Shown here: piece by piece, positions 9,896 to 23,600 of the stretch
Layout: every line of letters starts with the position of its first letter
Numbering within the stretch: the stretch's first letter is position 1
Origin: Camelus ferus
Taxonomy: Eukaryota
Length of the DNA stretch: 64,000 nucleotides
NCBI RefSeq assembly: GCF_009834535.1
Contig: NC_045697.1
Location: 94,056,001 to 94,120,000, forward strand
Reading direction: 5' to 3'
Notes under the pieces: generated by a model
What the model saw: only the letters and a program-made list of their open reading frames with translations
What the model was told of the DNA's origin: nothing
Database searches by the model: none
Made by a program: the position numbers and the translations under genes

Positions 9896-12800
9896 GATAT
9901 GCATTTTGCATGCCACCGAATAGTAAATGAGAGAAGGAATGGTGATTAAAAGTCATGAATAGGTTGAAAGCAGGATTCCCAATCCTGAGTTCTTAGGCTT
10001 CAGGACATTAGTAAGCATTTGATAATGTATATTTTCTGAAGCATCCTAGGTTTCCTCATATTTTCAACAGGATCCGTGACCTGTCAAAAGTTGAACTCTA
10101 GGTGTATTTGTATGTGGGCTTACTGTTAGTCACTGATCGGGTTGTAATGGGACACATTTTTTTACTTTGTTTTACTTTATTTTACTTTTTCCTATGTAAA
10201 TTTACTCATTGTGTTTCACAGGATCCTGATAACTCTAATTACTAACACTTAAAGAAAACACTTATAAGAAATGAAATATGTACCTTGAAATAATTTAAAT
10301 CATTTCACAAGGTTTGGGTTTTCTTTCCACTTCATTCACATCCCAGCTATGAAGGGTGCTTGTTGGATATATATATATTTTTTTTTAACTTTTTCTTTTC
10401 CAGTTGAGTTTTGTGTTTATCTGACATATAAAAAAGTGCAAAGACAAGTTCACTTTTGCAACTTCTGAAAATGCCCATTGTTGGACCATCTCTAGGTCCA
10501 AATTCATTCACTTAAGCTTTGAGCTTTATTTGGGTTAGTGATGTAAGCACAGAGTGATAGAGTCCTCATCTATCCTCGAGAGCCCCCATTCCTAAGCACA
10601 CTCCGTGGACCTCTGAACCGTGCTGAGGCAGTGTGTCAAAGGGCAGTATCCGCCCCATGGTCGCCTGGCAGCAGTGGTGGCCGCAAGCCTCTCACTTGGC
10701 TAATATGTGCTGTGTCTGAGGCTGCATTAGCCTTGGGAAACGCAGGCAGGAGGAGGAGGGAAAAAAGGCTACTCAAGGGTCTCTTTATATTGCTGCAAGT
10801 CATTAATATGCAGACCTAATGAGACTTGAGAACTGCCAAGAATCCCCGGAGGTCCCTGCCCCTTGCGGGCCTTCATGCTAAGTGAACAGAGCATCTATTT
10901 AGTGTCTGGGAACCTGACAACAAACCAGATCTTGCCAGAAGTTTATATTTGAGTACAAAGTCCCTTTCATTTTTGGCCTATATATGACATATGATTTATT
11001 GTTATCTTTTAAAAGCTGTACACTTAGAATTGCTCATTCCTATTCTATTTTTCAGAGTTTCTAATTTAATAGTCAGCCTTTTAAAACTTTTGAAGCAGAA
11101 TGTTTAATATTTAAGAAAAAAAAAGTGTATCCACGTCTGCTGCATGTTTCCTTGGGTGCATTTTCTTTCTTTCCCTCTCCCCCACCCACTTTGTTTTTTT
11201 CTGTAGCACTTCAATCTCAATGAACATTTCAATTAGTTTAGTCTCTCAGACATAATGAGACATAATAGCCTAACCGAAGAAAGAGAAATGAATAAACATC
11301 TGCAAAAAGTGCTAAATTTGGAAGATGGATAAGCGATATATTCTTATCAATGAGCCTTCCCAGGAGCTATTTTATTTCACAGGCACTCAGTGTTGCCATT
11401 TTGGTAATGTTCCTTTCAAAATATTTGAGATGTCAAAGCATATGAAAGGAAATTTTAAACGCTAAATTGTGTTCCAGAAAACATTTAAAAGCAAGGCGTT
11501 TTTTATTTTTCTTATCAAAATGACAATTTTTTTTTCCATCTTTGAGTTCTTAAACATGTGAAAGTATTGCAGAACTAACAATCTGTGTATCCATTTCGTT
11601 GGTAGTTACAGGGCAGCCACACTTACTGGGCACAACAATGGCTGTTTTAGAACTGTAATAACACACTTGGATTAAGAAGCAATCATACCTTTGTGTGCTG
11701 AATTGAAGTTGGATTTAATATGTTTTTCTGACTTTATTGTAAAAATGATTTTGAAGTGGTTACTTTTTAAAGTATAAAACCCTAAGTGGAGAGAATTAAG
11801 ATGCATTTACTTGATGAGTTTTTTCAGTCCATTCGTGATGTTGTGTATTATAAACTTCAACACAAAGTACCTAGAATAGTTTCTAAAACTTAATCCTATT
11901 TCAAGTAAATAACATCTGCTTTATTTCCTTGTAAAACCAGATACTTAGGACCTTCCAATTTTGCAATATTAGGAAATATTCTCATAGCACATCCATTTCC
12001 AGGTTTAGGGTATTGAAAATTTTGTGCTAATAAACAAATCCCACTCAGCTAGATTTTGAGTGGGGAAAGCGAGTTTATCAAAGAAAAACAACACTGGGAA
12101 GATATAGATTCTGAATCCTCTAGTTTGTACCTTATTTCAGATTACATTAGATACATTGTCAGGCTTAGTGCATCACCTGTTTAAACTTCCTAACTTTTTA
12201 TTTATTCCCACTTTCTTTTTCTGTGTTAGTGTTAACTTTGTATTTATTTGGATATGCCTTGTATTTATTCTTCTATGAATAGTTTTCTTTTTTTGTTCTT
12301 TCTTCCCCTTCCCCCCCCCCCCCCCCGGCTTTTCTCCTTTCTAAGCCATTTGCAGTCACCAATCTTGTTCACAGAAGGGCTTTAAACACGGAGGCAGCTG
12401 CACAGAGAATCACATAAGCTTTTTCAGTTTTCCACTGCACCTGGCTCCATGTGTGAAGTTCTTCAGCTTGACCACTGCTCTGTGGCGTTTTCTCTCTATA
12501 GTCTTGTCAAGGTGCTTTCCGTTTTTTTTCAGGGCATTCTTGATGTATTGGTTAGATATGGCAGAAGTCCAAGGAGATGTGGTAAATGTTTGCATAAATC
12601 ATCACAAGAGGAAAAACTGACTAATCACAGCTTTAATTGCAAAAAACATATATATATATTCTAAGTGGACTTAAAAGCAATATATTTTCAGTTTTATAAT
12701 ACCATTAGATTAAAAGATAGCCTTTTTTCTAGTTTAAATGATACAACTGATACAACATAATTAGTTATATATTCTTAAAGATTTTAATATTACTGGAGGT

Positions 12801-14441
12801 AGATCTAAGGAGATTATTTAGTTATGAGAAGTTTTTTTCCATTTATTAAAGTACTTACCAGTGCATACTAGGATTGATTATGAATTTATTTTTAATAATT
12901 GTGTCTTCTTTAAAAATATATTGAAGAAAAGAACCCTAATAAGTGATGATTCAGTTAAGTTACTTGTTATAGTTTATCTGAAAATTTTCAAATTTCTCTT
13001 CTTGTAAATTTTTCTCGTAGTTGCAAGAGAACTAGTTTCTAAATGTGTTTATTTTTTGAATTACTGTGAGATTTATACATGACACATGGTCAACATTTGG
13101 CAATAATTTAAAAAATAAAGTGATTTGAATTGTCAGTATTTTCAGACTAATAAAGAAAAGTATAGCAGGAAATGCATTAAGCCGTTGCCCTACTACTACA
13201 ATATCAATAGGAGAGTTCTTGGTTTTTCATAAAATACAAATCTCCCTTTCCCAACTCCAATAAGAACTTAGATACTGGCAATTAGTTTCTGGCTTTGTAA
13301 ATAAAGTGAATTTATACCATTGCCTCCGTAAGCAAAAGCTTTTGGTTAAGGTTTCTGGTGAAAATGTGAGCTACAACTTGATAATGTGTAGAGATTTACA
13401 ATTGGAAAAAAATACAAGACAAAATATTGAGAGAACATGGAGAAAATACAAGCATTTTAAAAGATGATAGGTAGGGAGAACATTTTGATGTGCATGTTTT
13501 GATTTTTTTCATGAGTGAATTATGTTGTTAAATCTCTGTTCCCAAACCACATTTTCCAAAAAGTTACAGCAATTTTTGTGGTTACAGTTAACATCTCTAA
13601 TTTCTCCAGTGTTAAGTAATTACAGGAAGACTTGAAATTTCCTCAAAAAGTTGTGTTGATTTTTTAAAAACTAATTTATCATATTTTGAAAAGAAAATTT
13701 TTTTTCTGAAGGCTTAATGCATGAGGAAAAAATGTACACATAATTTTATATTATTACATTCGTCAGAAAACAGCACAAATTGAATGCAGTTACATTTCTG
13801 AAATCACAGTTTGTTCTCAGCGGTAATATCTGCCTCTGACTATAAAGGACAAGTTACTTGCTGGTTAAAAAAGATGTATTTGAGAGTTTGTCTAAATATA
13901 TCTTTGCATAACAGGCAGTCTATCACTTCAGCTGTCATGCTTTGTAGAACAGACCATTTCTGAGAAGTAGAAAAACATAAATAACTAGGATAAGAAATTT
14001 CAAATAAAATATATATGTTGAAATGTTTCTTGGAAATTACCAAAACTTCAGAACTCAGGCTCGGGCCTGTATTTTCCTGCTATACAAATCCCACAGGTTC
14101 TAAAGTAAGGGCATTTGAATAAAACAAAAAATGCAGTTAAATTTATTTTTTCTTGACCCTTGACTTTCAACTAATAAAAAATTCCAAGAGCAGTGTAAAA
14201 GGTATGCATTTTAAAATGCCCCATGGACTGAAATAACCTGGCATTCTTGTCCCTCGTGCAGTCATTTACCATCACAAAACTTAAGTATGCCTCTGTTTAT
14301 TTGGTCATTAAAATCATATATGTAATGAGACTAGTGATAAGTGAAAAAAATAAAATAATGTTAGTCTTTCAAAGGCTCCCTAAGGTGAGGACCGGTAACG
14401 GGCAAAGTTTATTTGGTTCTCAAACTGTATATCTATCTGCA

Positions 14442-14555
14442 TTCTTTTTTACTGAAGTATAGTCAGTTTACAATGTTGTCTCAATTTCTGATGTACAGCA
14501 TAATGCTTCACTCATATGTATACATACATATATTCATCTTCATATTATTTTTCAA
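14442..14555 (-). mobile_element. Very short L1 3'-end fragment
   Basis: T-run followed by actgaagtatagtcagtttacaatgttgt...tgtacagcataat, the reverse complement of a laurasiatherian L1 3' terminus. Confidence 0.75.
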
Positions 14556-17329
14556 ACTATATCTCTAAAAGAAGTGAAAAAAACATTTTCGAAAAATATT
14601 TCTAAAATTTACTTGAAATGTATTTATATGCTATGTATGTAATTAAAAAAGAATTTTGTTTCTATGTCTGATACTTTCCTTATGGGAAATTAGTACACTT
14701 GTTTTGCCCGTAAACCTGGTGAAACACATTCACGCACAACGCGCGCCATCCTGCCTTTCACTCTAGTTATATAAAGCTATGTTGTCACGACGAGGACCCT
14801 ACTTTAAAAGGAGTAGCTCATGAATTTATTAAGAACATTACTTACAAGTGTTTTTTTCCCTTTTAGGCGAGTAACAGTGTTCTTGCAACAAAAAAGTCTT
14901 TATCATATTTCTCACTTTTCTTGTTATGCACATGACATATTTTTGTGCAGGTTCTCAAGTCATGAGAACTTTATTTCATCATCTAAAGGAATATTAACTA
15001 GCCTTTAATAAATGAAAGAGACCGAAAACCATACACTTGAAGAGAAAAAAAAAATGAGCACAATGGAACATAAACTACTCATAAAAACAAGCTCTACTAA
15101 AAGTACCTCTTAACATAATCAAGCATCTTAATGAGTAGAGACTAGTTTACTAAAATTTTTCTGTGTGTGATGATCATGTTCAACATTATTAGAATACTTG
15201 GGTACAGAGCTCAAAAAGCTGTAAAAAGGTTGCTAATGCTCTCATGAGCATTAAAAAATAGTATATTTGAAAGGGTTATATCAGTTGTGTGATAAAAAAT
15301 GTATTCCAAATTTTGCATTAGTACCCATCTTTATGAGGATCCAATAATATAATTCTGTCTTAATATTTGAATTTTTTATGAACTTCATATTTAATATGAC
15401 ATGAATTTATGTTTGGAATAAATAATTGCTCATAATTTACTCTTAACGGTAATTCCATCTATCAAAAAGGCCTTTTATTTCTCATCACACTATAAACAGG
15501 GAGCATTTACAGTACAGTGTGTCAAAATACAGATCTCTGATTCTACAGCTTCTTCCTGCCTCATATGTCAGTGTGTGTAAGGGACATTCTCCTTCCCTTC
15601 CTCTTTTTTTTTTTTTTTAATTCCTATCTCCTTGCAGGAAGAGGATAACTGAACTTCTCTGGTGTTCAAAGAAGAACTGACATGTTTTACATGCTGTTCT
15701 TAATCTGGTTCTTTATCCCGGCTTCAGCTCGGGTTGACCTTCCTCAACAGTTCACTGTTAGTCATTTATTTCCAGGCTTATGCATAACAATTATCAGTGG
15801 AATGTTGCAATAGCAGTCAGACTTGGCATCATATATAGTTTAACTTAAGATAAAAAGTCATTGTAAAGTGAGATAAATATATGATAAGAAGCTTGGTGTT
15901 ATTTCTTTAACCATAATTTATGTAATTAACTCTTCTTAACTCCTTGAGAATAATCTAGAGGGTTAATAATTGTTAATGTTTGTGAAAAATAATTATTTTA
16001 TGTATGAAAATAGCAAAATGCACACACAAATAAGTATATTAGTAGGTGACAGAAAACTGGAATCCCATCAGGAATTTACAAACTAAAACTTGCTCAAGAG
16101 CTCAAATCACTCATGATACTTATAGAAGAAACAATCAAGGGTGTTCATTACATAAATATGACTCTCTGTTGGTTAAAAGAAATAGTTCCTGGTTTTTCCA
16201 CACTAAGCATGCATTTGAGAGGTTTTTACATACAGACAAATCACACTTTAGTTATTTCAAATTGATCCTATTTTAAAGCATATTTAATAAATAGAAAAAT
16301 GTTAAAATGTGATTTTGGTTTATGTACTTATTTTTCCACATTTTGCTAATTATCAAAATGAATAACAAATAGTGTTCTAGAGTGCTCAAAAATTGTGATG
16401 CTTTGCTTAAGAAACTGAATGAGGTTTCTTGAGCCATAAACATCGTATTTAATAGTCTTGTCAATCTATGGAAGACAGTGAAACGTGAAAATGTCATTTG
16501 AAATCGTGGTATTCTGAGATTAGTAAGCAAACAGGTCTGTGTTGTCTAGGACAAGTGTTTTCCAATATAGAACAAGTAATAAGGTATTTGTCAATAGCCT
16601 CTGCAGCTGACTCATACTGCACTTGGTTACCTTGGTTTCACTAATTACGGTCATTTGTCCTGGGTTTGTCTAAGGCTGTAAATGATAAGTGGTGTGTAGT
16701 AATACGGGCTACCAGAGTGTCACTGAGAAATTACTTTTAGGAAGTCATTTTCCAGGAACCTAAGAAAGCATGCTCTTGGCCACTCATGAAATCTTGTTTT
16801 ATTCTTGTTATTTACTGGTTTATCACTATGTATGCCATATGTCTGTTGAATATCACTTTTTGCTTCCTGTCCAGATTTTATAATCTAAATATCATTACTA
16901 GTGCTTCACATATTTCTTCCATTTTGTCTCTAAGAAAAAAAATATCGATGACATCATCATTGGAGACTATGGATTGAGAAAGCTTTCGACTGGGGTTTTT
17001 TCCTCTGTTAAGAACTTCACCAGAGATTTTAAAAAATATTCATTCTATTTCTACTCACTATTTTCTAGTTATTTAAATAATTTAGAGCCAACTTTTTGTC
17101 CACATACTCTGAGTAGTTTAGAAACATCTATCTCAGAGGGCTCTTTGGCAAGAGTCTTAACCCTTGACAAAATAATACAGAGATTTTTGGCTCCTGTCAG
17201 GTTAAGACGAGAAAAATTTGTTAAGATACCCTCACCCATTACTCTCCATGCTGCCTGTAATTTTTCACTTCTAAGCAGCTGGTGGTGTTGTGAAGCCCAC
17301 ATCTGCAGCTCTCTTTTCCCCGCTCCCAG

Positions 17330-17635
17330 GTATGGATCTCTTCTCCAACTGCACCGAGGAATGTAAAGCGCTGGGCCACTCAGATCGGTGCTGGATGCCT
17401 TCTTTTGTCCCTTCTGACGGACGCCAGGCTGCTGATTACCGTAGCAATCTGCATGTTCCTGGCATGGACTCTGTTCCAGACACTGAGGTGTTTGAAACTC
17501 CAGAAGCCCAGCCTGGGGCAGAGAGGTCCTTCTCCACCTTCGGCAAAGAGAAGGCCCTTCACAGCACTCTGGAGAGGAAGGAGCTGGATGGACTGCTGTC
17601 TAATACACGAGCGCCTTACAAACCACCATATTTGA
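17330..17635 (+). CDS. PCDH10: PCDH10 exon 4 (306 nt) with CM2 (CTEECKALGHSDRCWMP) and the WIRS motif (SFSTFGKE)
   Basis: Acceptor cttttccccgctcccag| and donor TTGA|gtaagt. Phase 1 on both sides. Lies within ORF 17290..17685 of the ORF track. Confidence 0.97.
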   Translation, partial: VWISSPTAPRNVKRWATQIGAGCLLLSLLTDARLLITVAICMFLAWTLFQTLRCLKLQKPSLGQRGPSPPSAKRRPFTALWRGRSWMDCCLIHERLTNHHI

Positions 17636-20600
17636 GTAAGTATTACGTAAAAGGCTGTATCAAAGTATTCCGTTTCAGGAAGTAACGTTCAACATGCCAT
17701 TCTTCTTTGTGAAAATAGAGGAGTTCAGGTTGTTCTCAGAAACAAGGATAAGAGTGACTCGTGGATGCAGGCAGCACTTGACAATAGAAAAATGAATATG
17801 CTTTACAGTAAGTCAGGCTCCTGTGTTAAACGTGGTTGTTGGCAACAGTCAAACATAACTTTTGATGTTGTTGAAAACATTCTTTAAATGATCTTCCTAT
17901 TTCCTTTGAATGCTGCTCACCTGCTTACTTGATTTCCATGTGTTTTGAAGGGCTTATTTAAGGTGGAAAAACATCTCTTGACACTTGAGCCATTGAGAGT
18001 TCTCATTTTCTTATCGATACCAGCATTATGGCTTAATCATCCTTTTCCCATAATGACATAAAACACGTTAGGCTAAATTCAGAAATCAGTGCAGCCATTA
18101 CTTTGCTGGTTCAATGTCATTTAGTGATATGTTGGCATGGATTCTAATCTTTTATCAGAATCAGAGGAACTTTGTGATGGAAGCATATCAATATAGCAAT
18201 ATTATTCAATTATTTAAAATAATAGGATCTTCTAACACTGAGACGTTGAGAATTGTACTCAGCTCCTTCGATATTGGGACCATAGCCTCTAAGTGGATTA
18301 TTTTATACAACCAATCTGAAAAGCAAAAATACTTTGAGATTCTTTAGTAGATTGGAGATTCCTTTGAGGATCTTGGTAATGAAATTATTCCATTTACTCT
18401 CTGCTATATGGAAGCCTTTTCCTTTTAGTTAATGGATAAATACCACTGACGATTCAGTATTTTCGTCAAACTACATAAACTAGTATTTGATAAGGATGAA
18501 ACCTGTAACAATTTAATCCAAAGACAATTTTTAGCTTGCATAGCAAATCCAGTCTACATGATGTTTCCTTACTTTCATCTTCTAGTGCAAAGAAAGCAAA
18601 AAACAAAAACGGAACCATAAGTTAGAAACAAAAATGAGACAGATTGCAGATGTATCATTTCTATTATGACTTATGAAGTGGGAAGGAAAAAAAAAATTAA
18701 GCGGAAGAAAAAAACTAGAAGAACATTTACTGTAGCCCTTACATGTAAATGTGAAAGGCGTGGGTTGAACACACTGAGGATGTGACTCCTACGCTGGACA
18801 CTGATAATAAGAGTAAACAAGTGTCATATGATTAGAGTGGATCTGCCACTGGATACATACATTGTGATGGCAGCAATGATTGAATGGTGTTTTTGGAAGG
18901 ATTGTGTTCAGCTTTTCAAATTATTCAGAAATGCCATTACCCCAGCATGATATAGTATATTAGTGTTTCAGAACCAAATAATTATGCCTCTCTATAAATT
19001 ATCGATATTTGTTCTGCTTTGTTTTTTTAAGTTATAAAATTTGAGAACACAAACACTTAAGGAAAGTGTTGAAACATCTAACATAATAACTAAATGTAAT
19101 TTGGATGCTAAGGTCCTGTTTAACTGACACATCCACAGACACTAATGATTTAAAGTAGCCTAAAATCAAATGTTAATAAATAAGAACTGTGATTCAGTCT
19201 TTGTCCCTCAAACTAAATTCTGGATTTTAAGTTTAATTATTATCATAAACCAAGCTTTTCCAAATTCTAAACAGCATATTCTCACTAGTGTTTCACTTAA
19301 AGTAAGAATGTATGTTATAGAAATATATTATCAATAATTTCAAGGCAAAGATTCAAAGTACATATGATTCAGAGTAATTCAAATATGTATTTCTAGATAA
19401 CTACAAATATTTGCTGTTAGCATATATTAACTGGTAAGTCTATATCAAAGATGATGAAAAATCAATTCACCCTCTTTACCTCTTAGTGAGTACTAATCTT
19501 GATGAAGTTTCACTTACACTGGAGAACTGAAATTTTGAACAATTTTTTTTCTCTACTGACTAGTTTTTCTTTTTAATTTTAAAAATCATGGTAATAATTT
19601 TTGTTAATAAAAATATTAATGCTGCATATATTTTAATGTCAATTTTTCTACTTTTTAAGAATCTGGTATTTTCATTTAGATCCCTGATTGAGATTATGAA
19701 ATAAGTCATCAGTTATATGTTTGCTACAAATCAAAGAATGCAGCTATTATTTTACCAAAAAAAATTAAGGTTTGTTTGCATATTATCCAGATGTGTATTA
19801 TAATTAATTAATTTTGAATAACAATTTATGTTTTCTGTTTTAGCCAGCTCACACTGCTCAAAATTCAGGGTTTGGGATAAAGTGGACTGGGATGAAAAAG
19901 AAGCAGAAAAATAGCTATTTTGTTGTTTTTACTGACACTCACCTTAGTTCTTCATATAATTTTAATCATGTCTGAATTTTTTTTAATGTCTAGTGTTCGA
20001 TGTCATCTTTAACTCACACAGTTATCTTTAGAATTACTTTATGGCTCTGATTTAACAGGCATAGTCAATTTGGTGGTTAATCTAACTGTACAAACTATAA
20101 ACCAAAACAATCCATTCCTATTTTGTCCCCCAAATTCATATGGTGATAGTTGTTAATACGTGTATCATTTATCATCAGGAATAGAAATATTCTTTTCTTC
20201 TAAATGGAAAAGCATGCCCCTTATGTAATTAAAGAAGCTAGAAATTAGCACTAATTACTTGTTTAAAAATCAGAATGTTTAAACAATTATTGAGGTAGCA
20301 GTTTTACTTTTGCTAAACATACATTTAGTTTTTTTAATGAACACAATGTACATTTTGATGTTAAGAAAAGTAAGCAGCTGTATGTTTCTTTTTGTAAAGC
20401 CTTTAAAAAGCTTAATGCGGCTACCACTGTCATTTACAACATGATGACAGGGAAATGGGGATCCATTTAATAATAATACAAATGAGATCATTACCTATAC
20501 CTAACAACTTTCCATTTCTACACCTCTGATGGCTAAAGTTAAAATTAAAAATGGCAAGAAACCAACTTTTACACAAAAATATGTGTATGCATGTTAAAAA

Positions 20601-23600
20601 ATGTACTTTGTGTTTCTTTAAAAATGCCTACATACAATTATATTTTCTCTTTTATATAATTTATATGGAGGATCCATGAAGAGTATACATGATGCATTTA
20701 ATGAAATGGAACTTATTTGTTGAATCAGGAGTAATTTTGAACATATCAATTAATACTTGCCTCATTAGTCATAAGCTCTTTATAAGGATGCCTCATCTTA
20801 TTTTTGTTATAATGTTGCAGATTTCTAATACTCTGATAATAACCAAAAGGATACACTGAAAGTTTGAAGAAATAATTTTAAACATTTAGAATATGATCAT
20901 ATAGTCAAAATACAGTATTTAGATTTCTTAAAATGTTAATAAATTTTAGCTTAGCTTTACCTGTAATTTTTATCAGAGTGATAAAAAACATTAAAGTATC
21001 ACTTTAACTTGTAATAAAAAACATTTCATTTTAACAGTTATTAAAATGAAGCAGAAAAATCATTGGGAGTTTAAAAAGAATGTTATATTTTTTCGTATGG
21101 AATTCAAAAATTTTAAATTATAGACATCTTATTTAAAATTATTTAGCTTTTCAATGGGCACAGTTAAGTTATGCACAAAACAATCTGGATAGTCTGAGAA
21201 AATAAGAAACATAAAAATAATTTAGGTTTAAGAATAAAACTGGTTAAAGTTATATTATTAATCTAATTTAGAAAAGCCCAATAGTTAAAACGATATCTTT
21301 AATACTATTTTAGTAATCATTTTTGCTTATGATTTTGGCTTTATATTTTGAACATCATTTCTTTAGATTTTTTTGTCTGTAAACAGGGATATCTTTCAGT
21401 TCAAATCAGTCAAAACAATACCGTTACTTAGAAGTATAAGGATTTGTTATCTTGAAACCCGTTGATTTCTTGTCAAAAACCTAATTGTTCCCTAAAAACT
21501 GAAGATAATGGCAAGATAAATGGCCAACGAAATTTCATCTAAAATGTATTTGTAAAATCTTTCATTTGTTTAAAGAATCAGACAATAATAAATTATATTG
21601 AATAAAGTGAAAAAACTACATTGACATGATGATTTTTTAAATCCTAAATCCATGAAATTTGCTACAATCACAGGATTGTAGGAAACCCTCTATTGAAAAG
21701 TGTCACAATCGATTCTGGTTTTATACCATACAATGTTTAGACTAGTCCGGATATGTCAAAAAAATCACTCTTGCTGTCTCCTGACATAACTTTGTTTTTG
21801 CCTACTTTTGAGCCCTTTTGAAATTTCAACCCAACTCACCCATATCATAACATAAGAAAGGGTGTCAGGACTTGGAAATATTGCATCTAAAATATTGCTG
21901 ACACTTCACCCAGACTTCTTTTCAGTAACTCGCATTTTAGGAAAATGTTTTTGGACATCTATATTATTTCTACTGAGCACTTCAAGTTTCAATTTGATTG
22001 AAATTAAGAGCATGTTCTGTTTAGTCACATCTCTTCCAGCCCCTTCGCTATCTTAGCCTGCCTTTGTGAGTTTTCCTAATTTGTTGAAGTCAGTACAGTA
22101 AAGGAGCATACAGAGAATCCACAATAAAATGGCTTTTTTTATTGGTACAGAGTACCCTCATATTTCCATATCCCTTGTGGTGGTTTCTCTGGGATTTGTA
22201 TATTCCTCTAATGTCATAAACATAGCATCACTTTATCAAATGTTAAATTCCACAAAAAAGTATTTTAATATATGGCCTTTTTAACATTTTTTTCTCATAG
22301 GTCCATATGTTACTAAATGAATGGACATCTTTTTCAGGATTTTTTTCTTTTTTACTACATATGTTAATTTCAGTTCACTTTTTCTCCAATTTGTGCTACT
22401 TAAGGAAAAAAAATCCTACTTTTGAGATTTTTGTTCTTTCATTTTAGAAGAAAACGTCCAGATTTGTGAGCCTAACTAATTTTCTTACTTTTTTAGTTTA
22501 TCTCTTTGTGACAAATCTCTGGTCTTTAAATCGCACTAGTCCTTCTATTTTTCCTTTACATTCTTTTATTCTGTAATTAATAATTAATCTCTTATAATCA
22601 AAATAGTTTACAGACTCAACTGTGTAAGCAGGAAACAAATGATAACTCAGGATCAGAAGAAACCCAAGCCCAGTTCATATTTTCTGTAATCTACTGTTGG
22701 AATTAAATGTTCACTGAACTTTATGAAATTTTGCTTCTTTGAAAAATTATAATCTGTTCACAATTCATATCATTACTCCAGTTAACTGATGCAGCGGCTA
22801 ACTGGAACCTTCCTATAACTATAGATAAATGAGATATTATAACACTGTCTTGTTTCTTCTCCTTTAGTTGCTGAGTAATGGTTTTCCTCAACTAATATGA
22901 TTTAAAGTAAAAGCTATAAAAATCTTTCTGAGGTGCAGCTATGAAACAGAGCGGTTCATTTTACATCCACACATCTGGCAATTTCTGTAGGCAATTTGTT
23001 TCTTACTTATTCAGACAGCAGTGCTTCTCTGTGACTTATCACATGTCATTTAAAATTTGTGCCTTTGGGTGCATTGGAACTAGTTAGTATCCAATACTCT
23101 CTTGGCATATTTAGACTCATTACCCAACTATGCATATTACAAATGCTAAATAATTATGTGATGGAAAATGAATTAATGTATGAATGACTGTTTCTGAAGT
23201 GTCCAAATTTTCTTTAATGTTGTCATCATAGTTTAATTTACACACATTTCTACACACAGTTTTTGATATCTCTAGGCTAACTTTCTTCTTCCAATTAGAA
23301 AAATGTTTTAAATTAATCGAATTTCTCTCTAGATAGTACCTATAAATTTTTATGAGGGAAAGTAGATTCTGAACTTATTCAAAATATTGAAATACACCTA
23401 ACTATGGTGTTTGCAAAATATGATGGTGTTTTTCAATATTTTGAGACTTTAAACTTCTGATTTATTCAAAGAACTTATTTCATATTCTTAGGAGGAATTA
23501 AATTTTTTAAAATTTCTTAACTCCCTTGGAATTTGAATTGCTCCCCTTTCTCTCCAGGTCTATAAGGCAATCTTTTATATATTTTACTTACTTTCATACT

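Noticed and set aside
12311..12326. C16 homopolymer
   Set aside because: Simple repeat of uncertain length with no evidence of function.
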